Below, piece by piece: positions 25,246-37,944 of a DNA stretch of 64,000 nt (positions are counted from its first letter, which is position 1; every line of letters begins with the position of its first letter). Origin of the DNA: Octopus sinensis (taxonomy: Eukaryota); assembly GCF_006345805.1 (NCBI RefSeq), contig NC_042998.1, positions 63,178,001 through 63,242,000 on the forward strand. Reading direction: 5' to 3'. The notes beneath the pieces were generated by a model that was not told where the DNA came from, ran no database searches, and worked only from the letters and a program-made list of their open reading frames with translations. The translations under genes were made by a program, and so were the position numbers.

Positions 25246-27354
25246 GGATGGAAGTACACGCGCGCACACAAATGCGCGCGCGCACACAAATGCGCGCGCG
25301 CACACACACAGACACAAACAGGCAGACACACATATCCACACACAGACACACATACACACACTTGCAGACATACGTGCACACGCACGCCCAAACATACATA
25401 CATATAAATATGTATGTGGCATATAACATAAAAGCTTTTACACAAACACACATGCACACATACACACAAACACACGTATATATACATATACATTCTTTTT
25501 ATATGCCAAATAAAATCCATTTGGTCTGAATAGCATCAAATTATTTTTTTTTCGTTTATATGTTGTTCTTCTGTGTTTTCTTTTTCCTCTTCATCCATCT
25601 CCTGCTAGTCTTCATTCTTGCACTTTTCGTTTCTTTTTTATATAATTACATCAGCACTAAGACACATGATAATTTTTGAACACTTCAGCATTGAAACACA
25701 GAAATATTTTCCCCGTATTTATTCTCTATTCCATTTAATCTATATCAGCTCCTGCAAGTTAGCTCCCTTCTAAATTGAATTACTTGATTTTCTAATCTTT
25801 CGTTGGAAGAATTAACATAATGCCTTCACTGAATGAATACATTAGGGAATGGTGAATAAAGAATTATTATATTCTGAGTTGTCAAAAACTAGCACATAAC
25901 TTTGACGTGGATGTCAAGTGGAATTTTAACACAATTCATCTGGCTTTAGCAGAAAAGGAAAGCAAAAAATTGTAACCAGTTACGCTGTAGAGTGAAAAGA
26001 CATTTATGAATAATTCCAAATCGTTATCATTGATATTTTTTCCTTGCGGATGAATAGAAGGCTCGTCAAAAATTAAATTGAAACGAAGAGACTCTATTAA
26101 GGGTTATGAATTGCTTATTTGATTTTTCAAATCTCGTATTTCACTGGCAAAGTAATTTCATTCAATTTCTAAATAGTTTACGTTACCTCATAATCTCCGT
26201 AGAACAAGAACTACGCTTTAACTGAATTGAATTCTTAACACCGTTTTCATTTCTGGTTAAATCTTTTTAATTAAATTAAATGTATATATTTTACTTTTAG
26301 CTTTCGGAAAACTATGCAAATTCTGAAGAAAATATTTCCGATATATTTGCCGTGTTATGCTAAGTCAAGAAAACTTAGTTATGCTATTTCAGAGACATAT
26401 TCTATTATTCTATTGCTTGTTCTAGAGAAAAAAGCATCGCCTTTAACCCATTCACGGGATCTTAAAGAATGATGGGATTGAGCGAATGAGTTGTCCTCAA
26501 ACGGGAGAGCTTACCCGAATAATTACAACAAGGCAGTCTCAATAAATTTACTCAATATACCGAGTTATGTTCTTAAGCAGAGCAACAAATTTAGCATACT
26601 ATCCTAGTAGGTAACACCGAGGTTTGAAATTGGAACGCAAAGAACCATAATTATGCGGGAAACCATTTCGTCGGAGGTTTCATTGACATTAACATTTCTC
26701 CACATTAAAATATAAAGCTCCAGGCGAAACGAGATAACAACTCATCTTAGTCATTTTTCATGATACATGTTCATTCGTTATCTCTGTATCATTAAAAGGA
26801 ACTTCACAATTGTCATTTCATACCACTCAGTAGGATCTACAGTGGGCATGATAATTTTGATGATGTACTGGTAGCTCTGTTCCAATTGCACTTGTAAACA
26901 CATAGCGAGATGTGGTGTGTGGAAGAGCGTTAGGAGCAGAGATTAATCACTTAAGACTTGATGAAAGAATGCCGTACTGATTGATTCTCGATATTTTTTT
27001 CTTTTCCCATTTCAGGTTTTCATTCCACTACGCCATTAGTTCATTACGTAGCCAGCTAGTTTACATATACAGTGCATTAATGCCTTTAATTTTAACCCAT
27101 CCTGTGGGGATTATCAATCTTTACTCTCTCTCTCTGAGCTATGCACCATTAACGCAGCAATTATCTACATAAAAGTATAAGCTTCCAACAACGATGCGTT
27201 TTCATCGTTGTAGAAATGAAGCTTGTATAGTTAAGCAGCACATTTGTTTTGTTCCATATTGACAAACCAAATATGAAGCTTATTTTCAAACGTTATATAT
27301 ATATTCGTGGGTGTGCGTGTGTGTGCGCGTGTGCGCGCACGTGTGTGTGTATGT

Positions 27355-27690
27355 ATGTCATTGTTCAGTTATAGTTCAAGATTTCTCACCAATAGAGAAA
27401 AGGCCAGTTTCCAACCTAGATTCTTGGCTCCCTCATTGGGATTTCAACATCAACAACAGGGTACTTTTGTTTGCATGTATATGTGTAGATTTCTATGTTT
27501 TGCTTTATGCATGTATTCTAATGCATATAGTTGCATATCTACCTGCTCGTATATATATTGAAATGATAAACTGGAAACTTTGATAGAGATTTACAGTTCC
27601 ATTAATGGGTTGGATCTGTACTCTTCGAATTAGCTGTCTCGTTCCTGGTTTTAAGAATCCTAAAGCATTGTGTTACACATCTCAAGACTC
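27355..27690 (-). mobile_element. R4/Dong-like LINE 3' end
   Basis: Collinear with the 20665 and 27705 copies. Confidence 0.8.
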
Positions 27691-27704
27691 CAATATGTAT
27701 GTAT

Positions 27705-28390
27705 GTCATTATTCAGTTTATTTCAAGATTTCTTGCTAATAGAGAAATAACAGGTTCCTTCATTGGAATTTCAATATCAACAACATGATATTTTTGTATT
27801 TATGTATGTATTTATGTATGTATGTATATATGTATGTATGTATGTAGTATGTATGTATGTATGTATGTATGTATGTATGTATGTATGTGTAGATTTTTAT
27901 GTGAAGATTTGTATGTTTAAGTATGTATTCTCATGCGTATAGTTACATATTACATGTTCATATATATTTGAATGATAAACTTCTGGTAAGTTTTACATAT
28001 ATTTACAGTTCCATTGATGGATTGGATCTGTAGCCTTCGAATCAGCTTTCTCTTTTCTGCTTTTGAGAAGCCTAATTTCTCAAGATGGATTGCTAGGCAG
28101 CGTGTAACATATCCCAGGGCCCCAATAGTTACAGGTATAAACCGGAACTTGTAATCCGCATAGAGTAAATGCAGACTTCTCAGTAGTTCAGCATAGGCGT
28201 TCTCATTTTCACTGACCTTCAGCTCTATGTTAACACCCGCCGGGCAGCTAGTTTCCACAACTGTGTACAGTATCTTCTTCTCTATCCTAAATCATTATAT
28301 CAGGTCTGTTGTACTTACATTTTATTGAGGTATTCACTGGTACATTCCACCAGTATTCTTTTCTATTGTTTACGTTTACTGATTTCATTA
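27705..28390 (-). mobile_element. R4/Dong-like LINE 3' portion with RLE C-terminus
   Basis: ORF 27950-28258: ETSCPAGVNIELKVSENENAYAELLRSLHLLYADYKFRFIPVTIGALG. Flanked by (TATG)n on both sides. Confidence 0.85.
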
Positions 28391-28425
28391 TATGTATGTA
28401 TGTATCTATGTATTATGTATGCATG

Positions 28426-28459
<34 letters not shown>

Positions 28460-28522
28460 TGTATGTATGTATGTATGTATGTATGTATGTATGTATGTAT
28501 GTATGTATGTTTGTATGTATGT
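28391..28522. repeat. (TATG)n array
   Basis: Read directly. Confidence 0.95.
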
Positions 28523-28989
28523 GTGGAAAGCTCTGGAGTTGCTAGCACTTGCCTAAGATGCCACTCCAGTCTACGGACGGAACGGTCATCTAACTTTTCC
28601 TTTTACTGTCTACCTTTGATTTGGGTGTCATACCGTATGTCGGTAGCATGGCGTTGGATAACCGAAAATTTGGAGGAGACCCAGACCCACAGCTTCGAGT
28701 TTATTGGGACCAAGTGGAAGATCTGTGCAATTAGACGAGGGTTTGGCATCAGCTGATCAGTGACCTGCTATTGTCACCTGCTATTGTCACTTACCCTCAT
28801 TTTTAACCATGCGCAGACGCTCATTCCACTCTTGTATATCATATGATGTTTAACATGGAGGCCCAGGGAAGCAGTCTAGTGATGAGGGCGGGGAATCAGG
28901 ACGTCAACTGTCTTCCCACGGCATCCAAATGTGTATTGTTCAGAGATGTCAGAAACTTCGACCTACGACATAGAACTGACGAAAAAAGA

Positions 28990-29023
<34 letters not shown>

Positions 29024-30059
29024 ATGCGTGCGTGTGTATGTGTGTGTGTGCGATTGTGTATGTATGTATGTATTGATAGAAACACAACACAGGATTATGA
29101 AAATGACAATAGAAACGTACATGGACATATCTTTAGTCGCTGTGAAATGTATTTTGATCAGGTAATAGCATTCTGCTTTTTTTTTTTCGTGTTTCCAGTA
29201 GTGGATATTGAACTTATAATTTTCTGTTTATATTTAATCAGTATCTAAAATTCTTGACTCATTTTCCCAACTACAGAAACTGCAACTTAATATAATTACA
29301 ACAGCAGCACATATTTATATATTTTGTATAACAAGTGGGGAAAAAAATTACTCTGTCCTAAGTTGTATATCCTTACGAACTTTGTCAACAAAAATTAATT
29401 TATGAATATATTCACTCTACATTATTGGGGTTAAAAGAGGTGTAAATAAAACGGACAGTCGTGTCTAAAAAGCGCACATTTTTTTTATCTCAACCGTGAA
29501 ATATCAATATTGTGGTTATGTACATAATTTTTTTCTGTCTGTGATCAGAAATAAACTGTGTAGTGTATGTTGTATTAAGCTACTTCTTGCTCTGTAGTCA
29601 GAAAATTTATTATTATTTTTTTCTGATGACAGCACAATAAATGCTGGAACATTATATATATAAACATCCATTTTTCATGTTAAGGAGAGAAATGGAAGAT
29701 GAAACATGTAGTTTAACAAATATATTTTATTTTTAAAGAGCAGATAAAACATACGTTTTCTTCACACACATGCATATGAGATCAGTTTACATTCCTATTT
29801 ATCATAACTTCATGTAATTCTAATATTACTAAGTTAACTTGCGTTGCCAGCGATTGCATATTTTTTATGCAGAATACGAGAGACGAATTTAATTTTTAAT
29901 CCCCTTTTTTATATACTCTGAAGAGCAATGTATTATTACCCACGTTGAGACCACGCATGAAATAGTAATTAGCGTGCAAACAAGTCAAATGCAAGTCTCA
30001 CCTCTGAAAAGTGGTCTAAACAGACAAGCAGTTTTTTCTAAATAGCGATGTTACAGACA

Positions 30060-30930
30060 TGTGATCACTATTTTCACATTCCTGCATCGATATCTATCCG
30101 TATCAGACGCTGTTTAGTGTATGAAATCAATTGGGAAGCTTCATAAATGGAAGCGTCAGCAAATATTAGTTCCGTCTAGGAAAATGAAGCTTTAAGTTTC
30201 CAACGATGGTTTGGCCAGTTTCACTCGGGAAACTTTGCTCCCGAACATTGCCCTTGACGTGTAATTTCCGTCAATACTGAGCATCTGAAAATATTGTTGA
30301 AGTAAATGTGATGCAGACTACACAAAAATCAGAAAAAAAAAAAACAGTTCAATTCAAATCACACTTCGATCATAAAAGAGCCTGATTTAAGAAAAATGCC
30401 TAAACTTAGTCAGTGCATCTCCATCATCTGTCTTCAATTCAGTGCTGCCCTCTACAGGCTTTTTAAGAGTAAACTTGAAAGAAAACCTTTCCTCCATAGA
30501 TTCATCACAACTGAATGAAACTGTGTCCTCTATAACCCTGCCTCACAAAAATATAAGTGGTTAGTAACCAGCCCAAAAAAGTATAATCCGTCCCTAAACC
30601 GGAACTGCACCCAATAAAATGTTATACACTCCGTTTGATGCCACATAAAGATGTCTGTCATCAATTGTAAACCCCAAAGGAAACAGTTTATGCGGAGAAC
30701 TGTTGTTGTCAATTGGCAACAATGACCAAACTTTTTATCATTGGTCAGTCATAAAAGGATATTGCTTTGTATGATCTATGTCACTCAGGAACACATCCTG
30801 ACACTAAATATGAAAGATTAACACCTACCATCCCTATTCTTATGACCTTGTTCCTTCTGACTATCATATTTTCAGATCACGGCAACAATATTTTAAGGGA
30901 AAACTGTTTATATATTTCGTTTTTGAATTT
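30060..30930 (+). mobile_element. Mariner (Mos1/SETMAR-like) transposase pseudogene
   Basis: QRWFGQFHSGNF; PFLHRFITT..CVLYN; HPYSYDLVPSDYHIFRS (the YSPDLAPSDYHLFRS motif). Heavily frameshifted. Confidence 0.8.
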
Positions 30931-31405
30931 TGTTTGCAAGATTCTTTATATGAGTTCGTGTGTTGGAGTATATTATGTTGTGCTTTGGGAGAGTCATTTT
31001 ATTTTTGTGCCTTATAATTTACCGGTGAGTGTGATCAATTGTAAGTCACAAAAAGAAAATAACTCTCTCCAGACACAACAGATTATTTATAAATTATGAA
31101 GAGTTAAAAAAAAAAATGTAAAGGATAATATCGTTTCCTTGCTTCGAAACTTCAAGTATTCCACGCGCTATGGGTGAGGAAATTATCACATAGATGGAAT
31201 TTTGTCATCAATAACAAAGGAACATATTCTCTTGATTGAATCTATAAATTAATACAAAGAGGCGTTTGTTTCTTCTGCATCCTGATAAGCGACAGGACTT
31301 ATCTGACAACCTGTCATATCTTCTCTCTCACTCTCTCACTCTCTCTCTCTCTCTCTCACACATACACACACACATATTTAATGTAAGTATATGCATATAA
31401 ATATA

Positions 31406-31439
<34 letters not shown>

Positions 31440-31456
<17 letters not shown>

Positions 31457-31735
31457 ATGTGTGTGTGTGTATGCATGCATATAGTAAGAGAGCGGTAGTA
31501 TTTGAGTGTCTATGTTTGTGAGATAGGAATGACATTCATAGCAAGATATAACAGTGATGTACACAGTATATGTGTGTGTGTGTGTGTGTGTGTATGTGTG
31601 TGTGTGTATGCATGCATATAGTAAGAGAGCGGTAGTATTTGAGTGTCTATGTTTGTGAGATAGGAATGACATTCATAGCAAGATATAACAGTGATGTACA
31701 CAGTATATGTGTGTGTGTTTGTGTGTGTGCGCGCG
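31440..31735. repeat. Tandem duplication of a ~140-bp unit bounded by (TG)n
   Basis: atgcatgcatatagtaagagagcgg...gatgtacacagtatatg occurs twice, at ~31470 and ~31610. Confidence 0.9.
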
Positions 31736-31907
31736 CGTGTGTATGTGTGTAGCACTGTCTCTGCTTGTGAATAAATATTTAACTTCCAAACGCTGCGCAT
31801 GCACATAGACATTTATCCACTTCACACATACATATACACACATATATTTACACACACACATACACACACACACAATTACACAAACACACCTATGCACTCA
31901 TGCACTC

Positions 31908-31961
<54 letters not shown>

Positions 31962-32819
31962 GTATATGTATGTATGTATATGGTAATTTGAAGTTCTAGT
32001 GGGAGAGATAGTCACTTCAATGTGACTTGACGGAGGCGAATATCTTAAAGGCTTTCAATCTTATCAGACATTTCGTTAAAATATTCTATAGAATGTTGCA
32101 GCTATATTTCCAAATCAGACTGTAACTGTTTCTGCAGGCAAATCATGGAACACGTTTTCCTCGAACATAACTTACAACCTAATCATCCGTGCCTTTTATT
32201 TTTATCGAACTTATTAAAGACTTTCTTCTATAAAGTTTTATCTTTAGACTGCCTAATACATTCTTCCTCTGGCGTCTTTTGCAGTTCTTGTTTCAACAGC
32301 ATTAGTTCTTCCTCACCGTTGAAATTTACTCTATCGGAACATTTTCTTCCTTTTCTCCCACGCTGAGTATTATTTCGTTTATTTCCTATTTTGATAGAAA
32401 TATAGTGCACATGATGTCTCTTTCTTGCTTTACTTATCCATTGAAAATCTTACATATAGAAATCATCTCACTGTATTTTCTCTCCTTTAAAGACGCATTC
32501 CATAGTAATTTCTTTTCTTTTAATTATCGTATTGATTATCACTGGCATTTCTCTCAATCCTTACAGTATATTTCACATACTGCATTATTTTATCTATTCT
32601 TTAACTCTTGTAATCCTTTTAGTCATTGGATAGCAATCATGCTATGGCTTCGTCATAAAGGTTGTATTCGATCAAATCAATTACCAGTGTATATATCTTT
32701 TTGAAGTTTGCTTCTTGTTCACTCTTTTCTGAACTCCTGTACATATATATACAGACACAACACACACTAACGCGCGCGCACAGACACACACGCACGCACG
32801 TACACATATGATTGACTTC

Positions 32820-32985
32820 TAGATCGAAGTTTTTTTCTATTCTCTCTCTTTTTTATTTCCTCGTATTCCTTTCTGTTGACGAGCGTAGACTCAAAACGTA
32901 AAAGACATTCTGATCTTCCCGAGCATTTAACTAATACACGTGCTTGTTGTTTATACACTTGTCTTCGTTTTTCTGTACATTTAAA

Positions 32986-32990
<5 letters not shown>
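32820..32990 (+). mobile_element. Short Penelope-derived element with degenerate hammerhead-like motif (32869-32904)
   Basis: cttt-CTGTTGA-c-gagcgtagactc-aaaa-cgta-aaag; homologous to the 43085, 60560 and 63010 copies. Confidence 0.6.
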
Positions 32991-33021
<31 letters not shown>

Positions 33022-33111
33022 ATGTATCTCACATCTATATTCATTCCACCATGTCACACTCTTTTTCGTATCTTATCTAAATTAACTGTTATTTAACCAT
33101 CCTCTCACACC

Positions 33112-33159
33112 GTCTCCGATGAAGGGATATGATAAATATCTTGGAAACAGCTGTAAGAC
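33112..33159 (+). ncRNA. Minimal type I hammerhead ribozyme motif (Penelope-associated), U4C variant
   Basis: gtct-CCGATGA-agggata[tgataaa]tatcttg-GAAAC-agct-GTA-agac. Stem I is gtct/agac and the helix III loop (AGCT) is palindromic. Confidence 0.6.
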
Positions 33160-33244
33160 CTATCTATAGATGTTCTAAAATCTACACAGCCTTGGTTCTT
33201 TATCCCATTATGGCAAAAATTATATGTATATATATATATATATA

Positions 33245-33618
33245 TACATTATATAAAAGGGCTTAGTAAAATAAATTACTTTGCCGCATACTGAACTCAT
33301 TAGAAATAGCAGCTAAAAAAACTTTTTTAAAACTATTTCCAATACTTAAAGAAAACCTCTCTCATATAGTGTTTGCTCAATTCAACTCACGCAAATATGG
33401 GGGTAGAGACATTAAAAAATCAAGTGCAAACCTTTGCACTTGATTTTTTAATGTCTCTACCCCCATATTTGCGTGAGTTGAATTGAGCAAACACTATATG
33501 AGAGAGGTTTTCTTTAAGTATTGGAAATAGTTTTAAAAAAGTTTTTTTAGCTGCTATTTCTAATGAGTTCAGTATGCGGCAAAGTAATTTATTTTACTAA
33601 GCCCTTTTATATAATGTA
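33245..33618. repeat. Perfect inverted repeat: 186-bp arms with a 2-nt spacer
   Basis: Centre ...caagtgcaaa CC tttgcacttg... at 33431-33432. The arms match out to tacattatataaaagggc / gcccttttatataatgta, with no mismatch seen by eye. Confidence 0.95.
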
Positions 33619-33705
33619 CTAATTTGAATTCGCCTTAAATGGTCCCTTTGCATACTGAATACTTGGTGAAATTGATTAATTAATTAATTTTACCCTCAAT
33701 TGTTG

Positions 33706-33798
<93 letters not shown>

Positions 33799-34267
33799 AT
33801 ACACAGATACACATACATGTGCGAGTATATAAATGTATCTATGATCGTATCTAGAGAGAGACAGAGAAAGATAAAGAGAGAGAGAGAGAGAGAGAAAACA
33901 AAATATATTATGTCACTCTTTGCATTTCAGTAAATAGACGGACCATGGTATCATTCTTTATTTCAGAATGCACTGACTTAATCTAGAAACACATTTAATT
34001 GTTGAATCCGTCGTGCGCCTGATAATAACTGTTCAATATGTACCCAAACCCGCAGCCCACGGTCATTGACATTGTGTGTGTAGCATAGTTTTGTCTCCTT
34101 GCACTTTCCCATAGAGGCTCAGATAGTGACGATTCAACCGGAGCCCTGATTATATGGTTTGTTCCAAACAAGCAAAATAATCGCATTTTGAAGACTTCCA
34201 GGTCATCACTCGGACTGTCCTCGATGCACACAACTGTTCTCACCACATTGTAGTATATTACCTCTGT

Positions 34268-34645
34268 GGAGGGGCAATGGTCCAGTGTTTAGGGCAGTGG
34301 ACTCGCTGTCATGGGATCGAGATTTCGATTCCCAGACCGGGCGTTGCGAGTGTTTATTGAGCGAAATCACCTAAATCTCCACGAGGCCCCGGCAGGGGAT
34401 TGTGGCGAACCCTGTAGTACTCTTTCACTACAGCTTTCTCTCACTATTTCTTCCTGTTTCTGTTGTACCTGTATTGTATTTCAAAATGCCAAGCCTTTTC
34501 ACGCTCTGTGCCGCACTGAATCTCCCCGAGAACTACGTTAAGGGTACAATGTCTGTGGAGTGCTCAGCCACTCGCACGTTAATTTCACGAGCAGGCTTTT
34601 CCGTTGATTGAATCAGTTCCAGCCCCCGTCGTAGTAACCGGCGGA
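34268..34645 (+). mobile_element. tRNA-headed SINE, second family, near full length
   Basis: Head ggcaatggtccagtgtttagggcagtggactcg..ttcgattcccagaccgg; an inverted homologue lies at 49575-49912. Confidence 0.85.
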
Positions 34646-35039
34646 GAGCCGTAGTAATATAACCTCTACTGACCGTCTATACAATGCAACTTCTGATTTT
34701 AATCGAGTACATTCTTCAGCTGGTAGAGCAGTTAGCACATAGGAACCTTTTAGATGAAAACGTGTACAACCTCAGTAATTTCAATCATTCTAACGCACTT
34801 AATTCATCTTCTGTAAAGGACCATTTCAGTGGCATTTGATATATCTCTCTTTAAATTCTTCCAATCTACAAATCTGTTATTTATATGGAATTTATCAGAA
34901 CGTGAACAAGATACACCATTTGTTGTTGTAAATCTATTCTAGTATTTGACTGACTATTTCTACATTATTTACATTATTTATATTTGTAAATAATGTACAT
35001 AATTCCTCATCTCTTAAACTGACAAGTTCTACTATTAAC

Positions 35040-35272
35040 GGAAAAGATGAAAAGAGAATTTGCCTTCAGTGACAAGCAAAATCAAAGCGTAAAGGAATAT
35101 TATCAAATACAATGTGCAATGTATATGACAACGTTTTGATAATATTGGTTTGAAGTTCTGGTCAAAAGCCAGCTGTCTCGGTGGAATTTGAAATCTAAAC
35201 ATGAAAACGAACGAAATGTCGCGAAGCATTTTGCCCACCGTTCTAACGATACTGTCTGCCCGCCGTCTTAAT
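35040..35272 (-). mobile_element. SINE, dominant family, degraded
   Basis: ctcggtggaatttgaaatct..gacgaaatgtcgcgaagcattttgcccaccgttctaacgat. Confidence 0.6.
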
Positions 35273-35791
35273 TCTTCTGTTAATAGTGATTGACAATGTA
35301 ACTACAAATGGAAACGAATAAAAAATCTAGCAGTCTTGTAGCTATATAGCAACTGTTTCTAACAGTGAAAATACGATTATATTGACTGCAGGGATTCTTC
35401 AATCATAGAACAGTGAGGAATGTTGGAGCAAATTTGGAATGTAAAATATATAAGAACATAACAGAATAAAAAACCTAAGTCAACTGGTTCTAAAACATGT
35501 TGCTTTGTGGCTAATATGAATAGAACTTTCAAATAACTGGTTTTCAGAAAGACGCTCACTCTTATTTCTTATTTCTACATGAGGTTGAAAACGAACTGCA
35601 TTTGTTCAAGGTATTTGTTTTTGTCAGAAATCTCTCTTAATTTATTGTTTTTCAATTTAACACAAACGTCATTTTCTTATCCTGTTCTATTTTGAATTTC
35701 AGTTGTAATCTCCGTCTGAACATTTACAATCTTCGATAATCTGGTAATAAAAATTGAAATTACAAAATATATTTGTCTTAATATATATATA

Positions 35792-35854
<63 letters not shown>

Positions 35855-35857
35855 GTG

Positions 35858-35906
<49 letters not shown>

Positions 35907-35929
35907 GTATATATCTATATGTATATGCA

Positions 35930-35966
<37 letters not shown>

Positions 35967-36075
35967 GTATATGTATATATCTATATGTATATGCATATAT
36001 ATATATATACATATATATATATATTATATATATATATATGCATCTGTAAATATGTGTATATGTATATTTATATAA

Positions 36076-36151
<76 letters not shown>

Positions 36152-36269
36152 ATGTATAATTAACAAGTGTTTTAGATATTTATTTTTAAATGTTTAAAGT
36201 AGCGAAACTTGTAATTCCCAAACTTGTAACTCCGAAACAAAAAAGAATAAACGATAATAATTATATTAT

Positions 36270-37300
36270 TGATACCCCGAGGTGAACTTTCCATCCCATC
36301 TGGGTCGATAAGATAAGTACCAGTTGGGATCTAGGGTCGGTGAAATCGACTTAGCCCCTCTTCTTTCTTCCAAATTTTGAAACTAATAATTCTGCTGGTG
36401 GCTGTCGATCGAAACAAGAACATTATATTTCCCTGTTTTTGCTCAAATTTCTTGATACAAACTGCATGGAGTTTCGATGACTGGGCAGTACTTCAACCCG
36501 GTATACATTCAAAAGAATTCCGTCCGACTTTCAAGTAATTCCACTGTTCTATCGACAAGGAGGTACGTGAAAAGAAACTGCATAATCCGTAGCGGTATTT
36601 GAATGTATTTCGTCTGTCATTACGTTGTGAGTTCAAATTCCGCCAAGGTTGACTTTGCCTTTCATCCTTTCGGGGTCGATTAAATAAGTACCAGTTATGC
36701 ACTGGGGTCGATATAATCGACTTAATCCGTTTGTCTGTCCTTGTTTGTCCTCTCTGTGTTTAGCCCCTTGTGGGTAGTAAAGAAATAGGTATTTGAATGT
36801 AGAAAGCAAAGGTGCAGAACGAATGCTCCTCTATCATTCTCGCCAAAATTCAAATAATTCAACCAACTGCCCGCCATTTAATAAATGTGTGAAGAGACTA
36901 CTCTGTAAGCTCACACATTTCTTTCTTTATTGCCCACATGGGGCTAAACATAGAAGGGACAAACAAGGACAGATAAAGGAATTAAGTCGATTACATCAAC
37001 CCCCACTGCGTAACTGGTACTTATTTAGTCGACCTCGAAATGATGAAAGGCAAAGTTTGACCTCCGTGGAATTTCAACTCAGAACGTAACGGCAGACGAA
37101 AAACTGCCCGGCGTGCTAACGATGCTTTTCTTCTCTAGGCACAAGGCCCGAAAATTCTGAGGAGGGGGCCAGTCGATTACATCGACCCCGGTACGCAACT
37201 GGCTCTTAATTTAACGATCCTGAAAGGATGAAAGACAAAGTCGACCCCGGCGGAATTTGAACTCAGGACGTAAAGACAGAAGAAATACCGCCCTTGGAAG
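36270..37300. mobile_element. Cluster of four dominant-family SINEs: 36270-36400(+), 36560-36790(+), 36920-37125(-), 37130-37300(-)
   Basis: Each carries the ggggtcgat..aagtaccagtt..ggggtcgat..atcgact body, and two tail types are present. Confidence 0.85.
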
Positions 37301-37415
37301 CTCACATATTGTCGTATATCTATAAGTTATTCTTTCAAGTTTTCAATAAGATAAACTTATCGGGCTCACGTTAGTCAAGAAACTCGTGGACTACCGAGTC
37401 AAAGTGTAAGGCACA

Positions 37416-37944
37416 TACCGTGAATCCTCGAGTATAGTCCGCCCTTGAGTATAATATGCAGGGGATTTTTAGGGGACTGTACCTCTGAAAAACCTAAAGC
37501 TTGTGTATAATACGCACCACTTCCCTAACTTGAGTCAAGGATGTCTATACAACGTCCTTGGTTTGTAAAAATGTATACGGTAATGTCCTTTATTATTATT
37601 GTATATATAACATAATATATATAACATAACGCAAACGTGTAGCTTTTTTGTGCATTTTGTTTGCAGAAAATAAGGAAATAACAGTAATAACGTTTAATAA
37701 ATGTTGCTTACTGCAAGTTATGGATGATTCTTTTATGACTTCATTGCTTTCAGGCTTAGCTTAAGGTATTTTCGCACCCGACATCACAAAATGCGTCTGA
37801 ATAAACATTGCCGGACAGCAAATAGAGACTCGGACATTGCTTAGAAAATAATCCTCATTTTTAACCTCGTATACATTACGCACTAGGGATTTTGACCTTT
37901 AAATTTTGGGAAAAAATGCGGATTATACACGAGGATTTATGGTA
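37416..37944. mobile_element. Non-autonomous pogo/Tigger-like (Tc1/mariner superfamily) MITE with TA TSD
   Basis: Terminal inverted repeats taccgtgaatcctcgagtatagtccgc and gcggattatacacgaggatttatggta. Confidence 0.85.

Noticed and set aside
33990-34250. 83-aa minus-strand ORF
   Set aside because: It shows only a faint resemblance to a Tc1 transposase segment and has no splice support; too weak to call either way.
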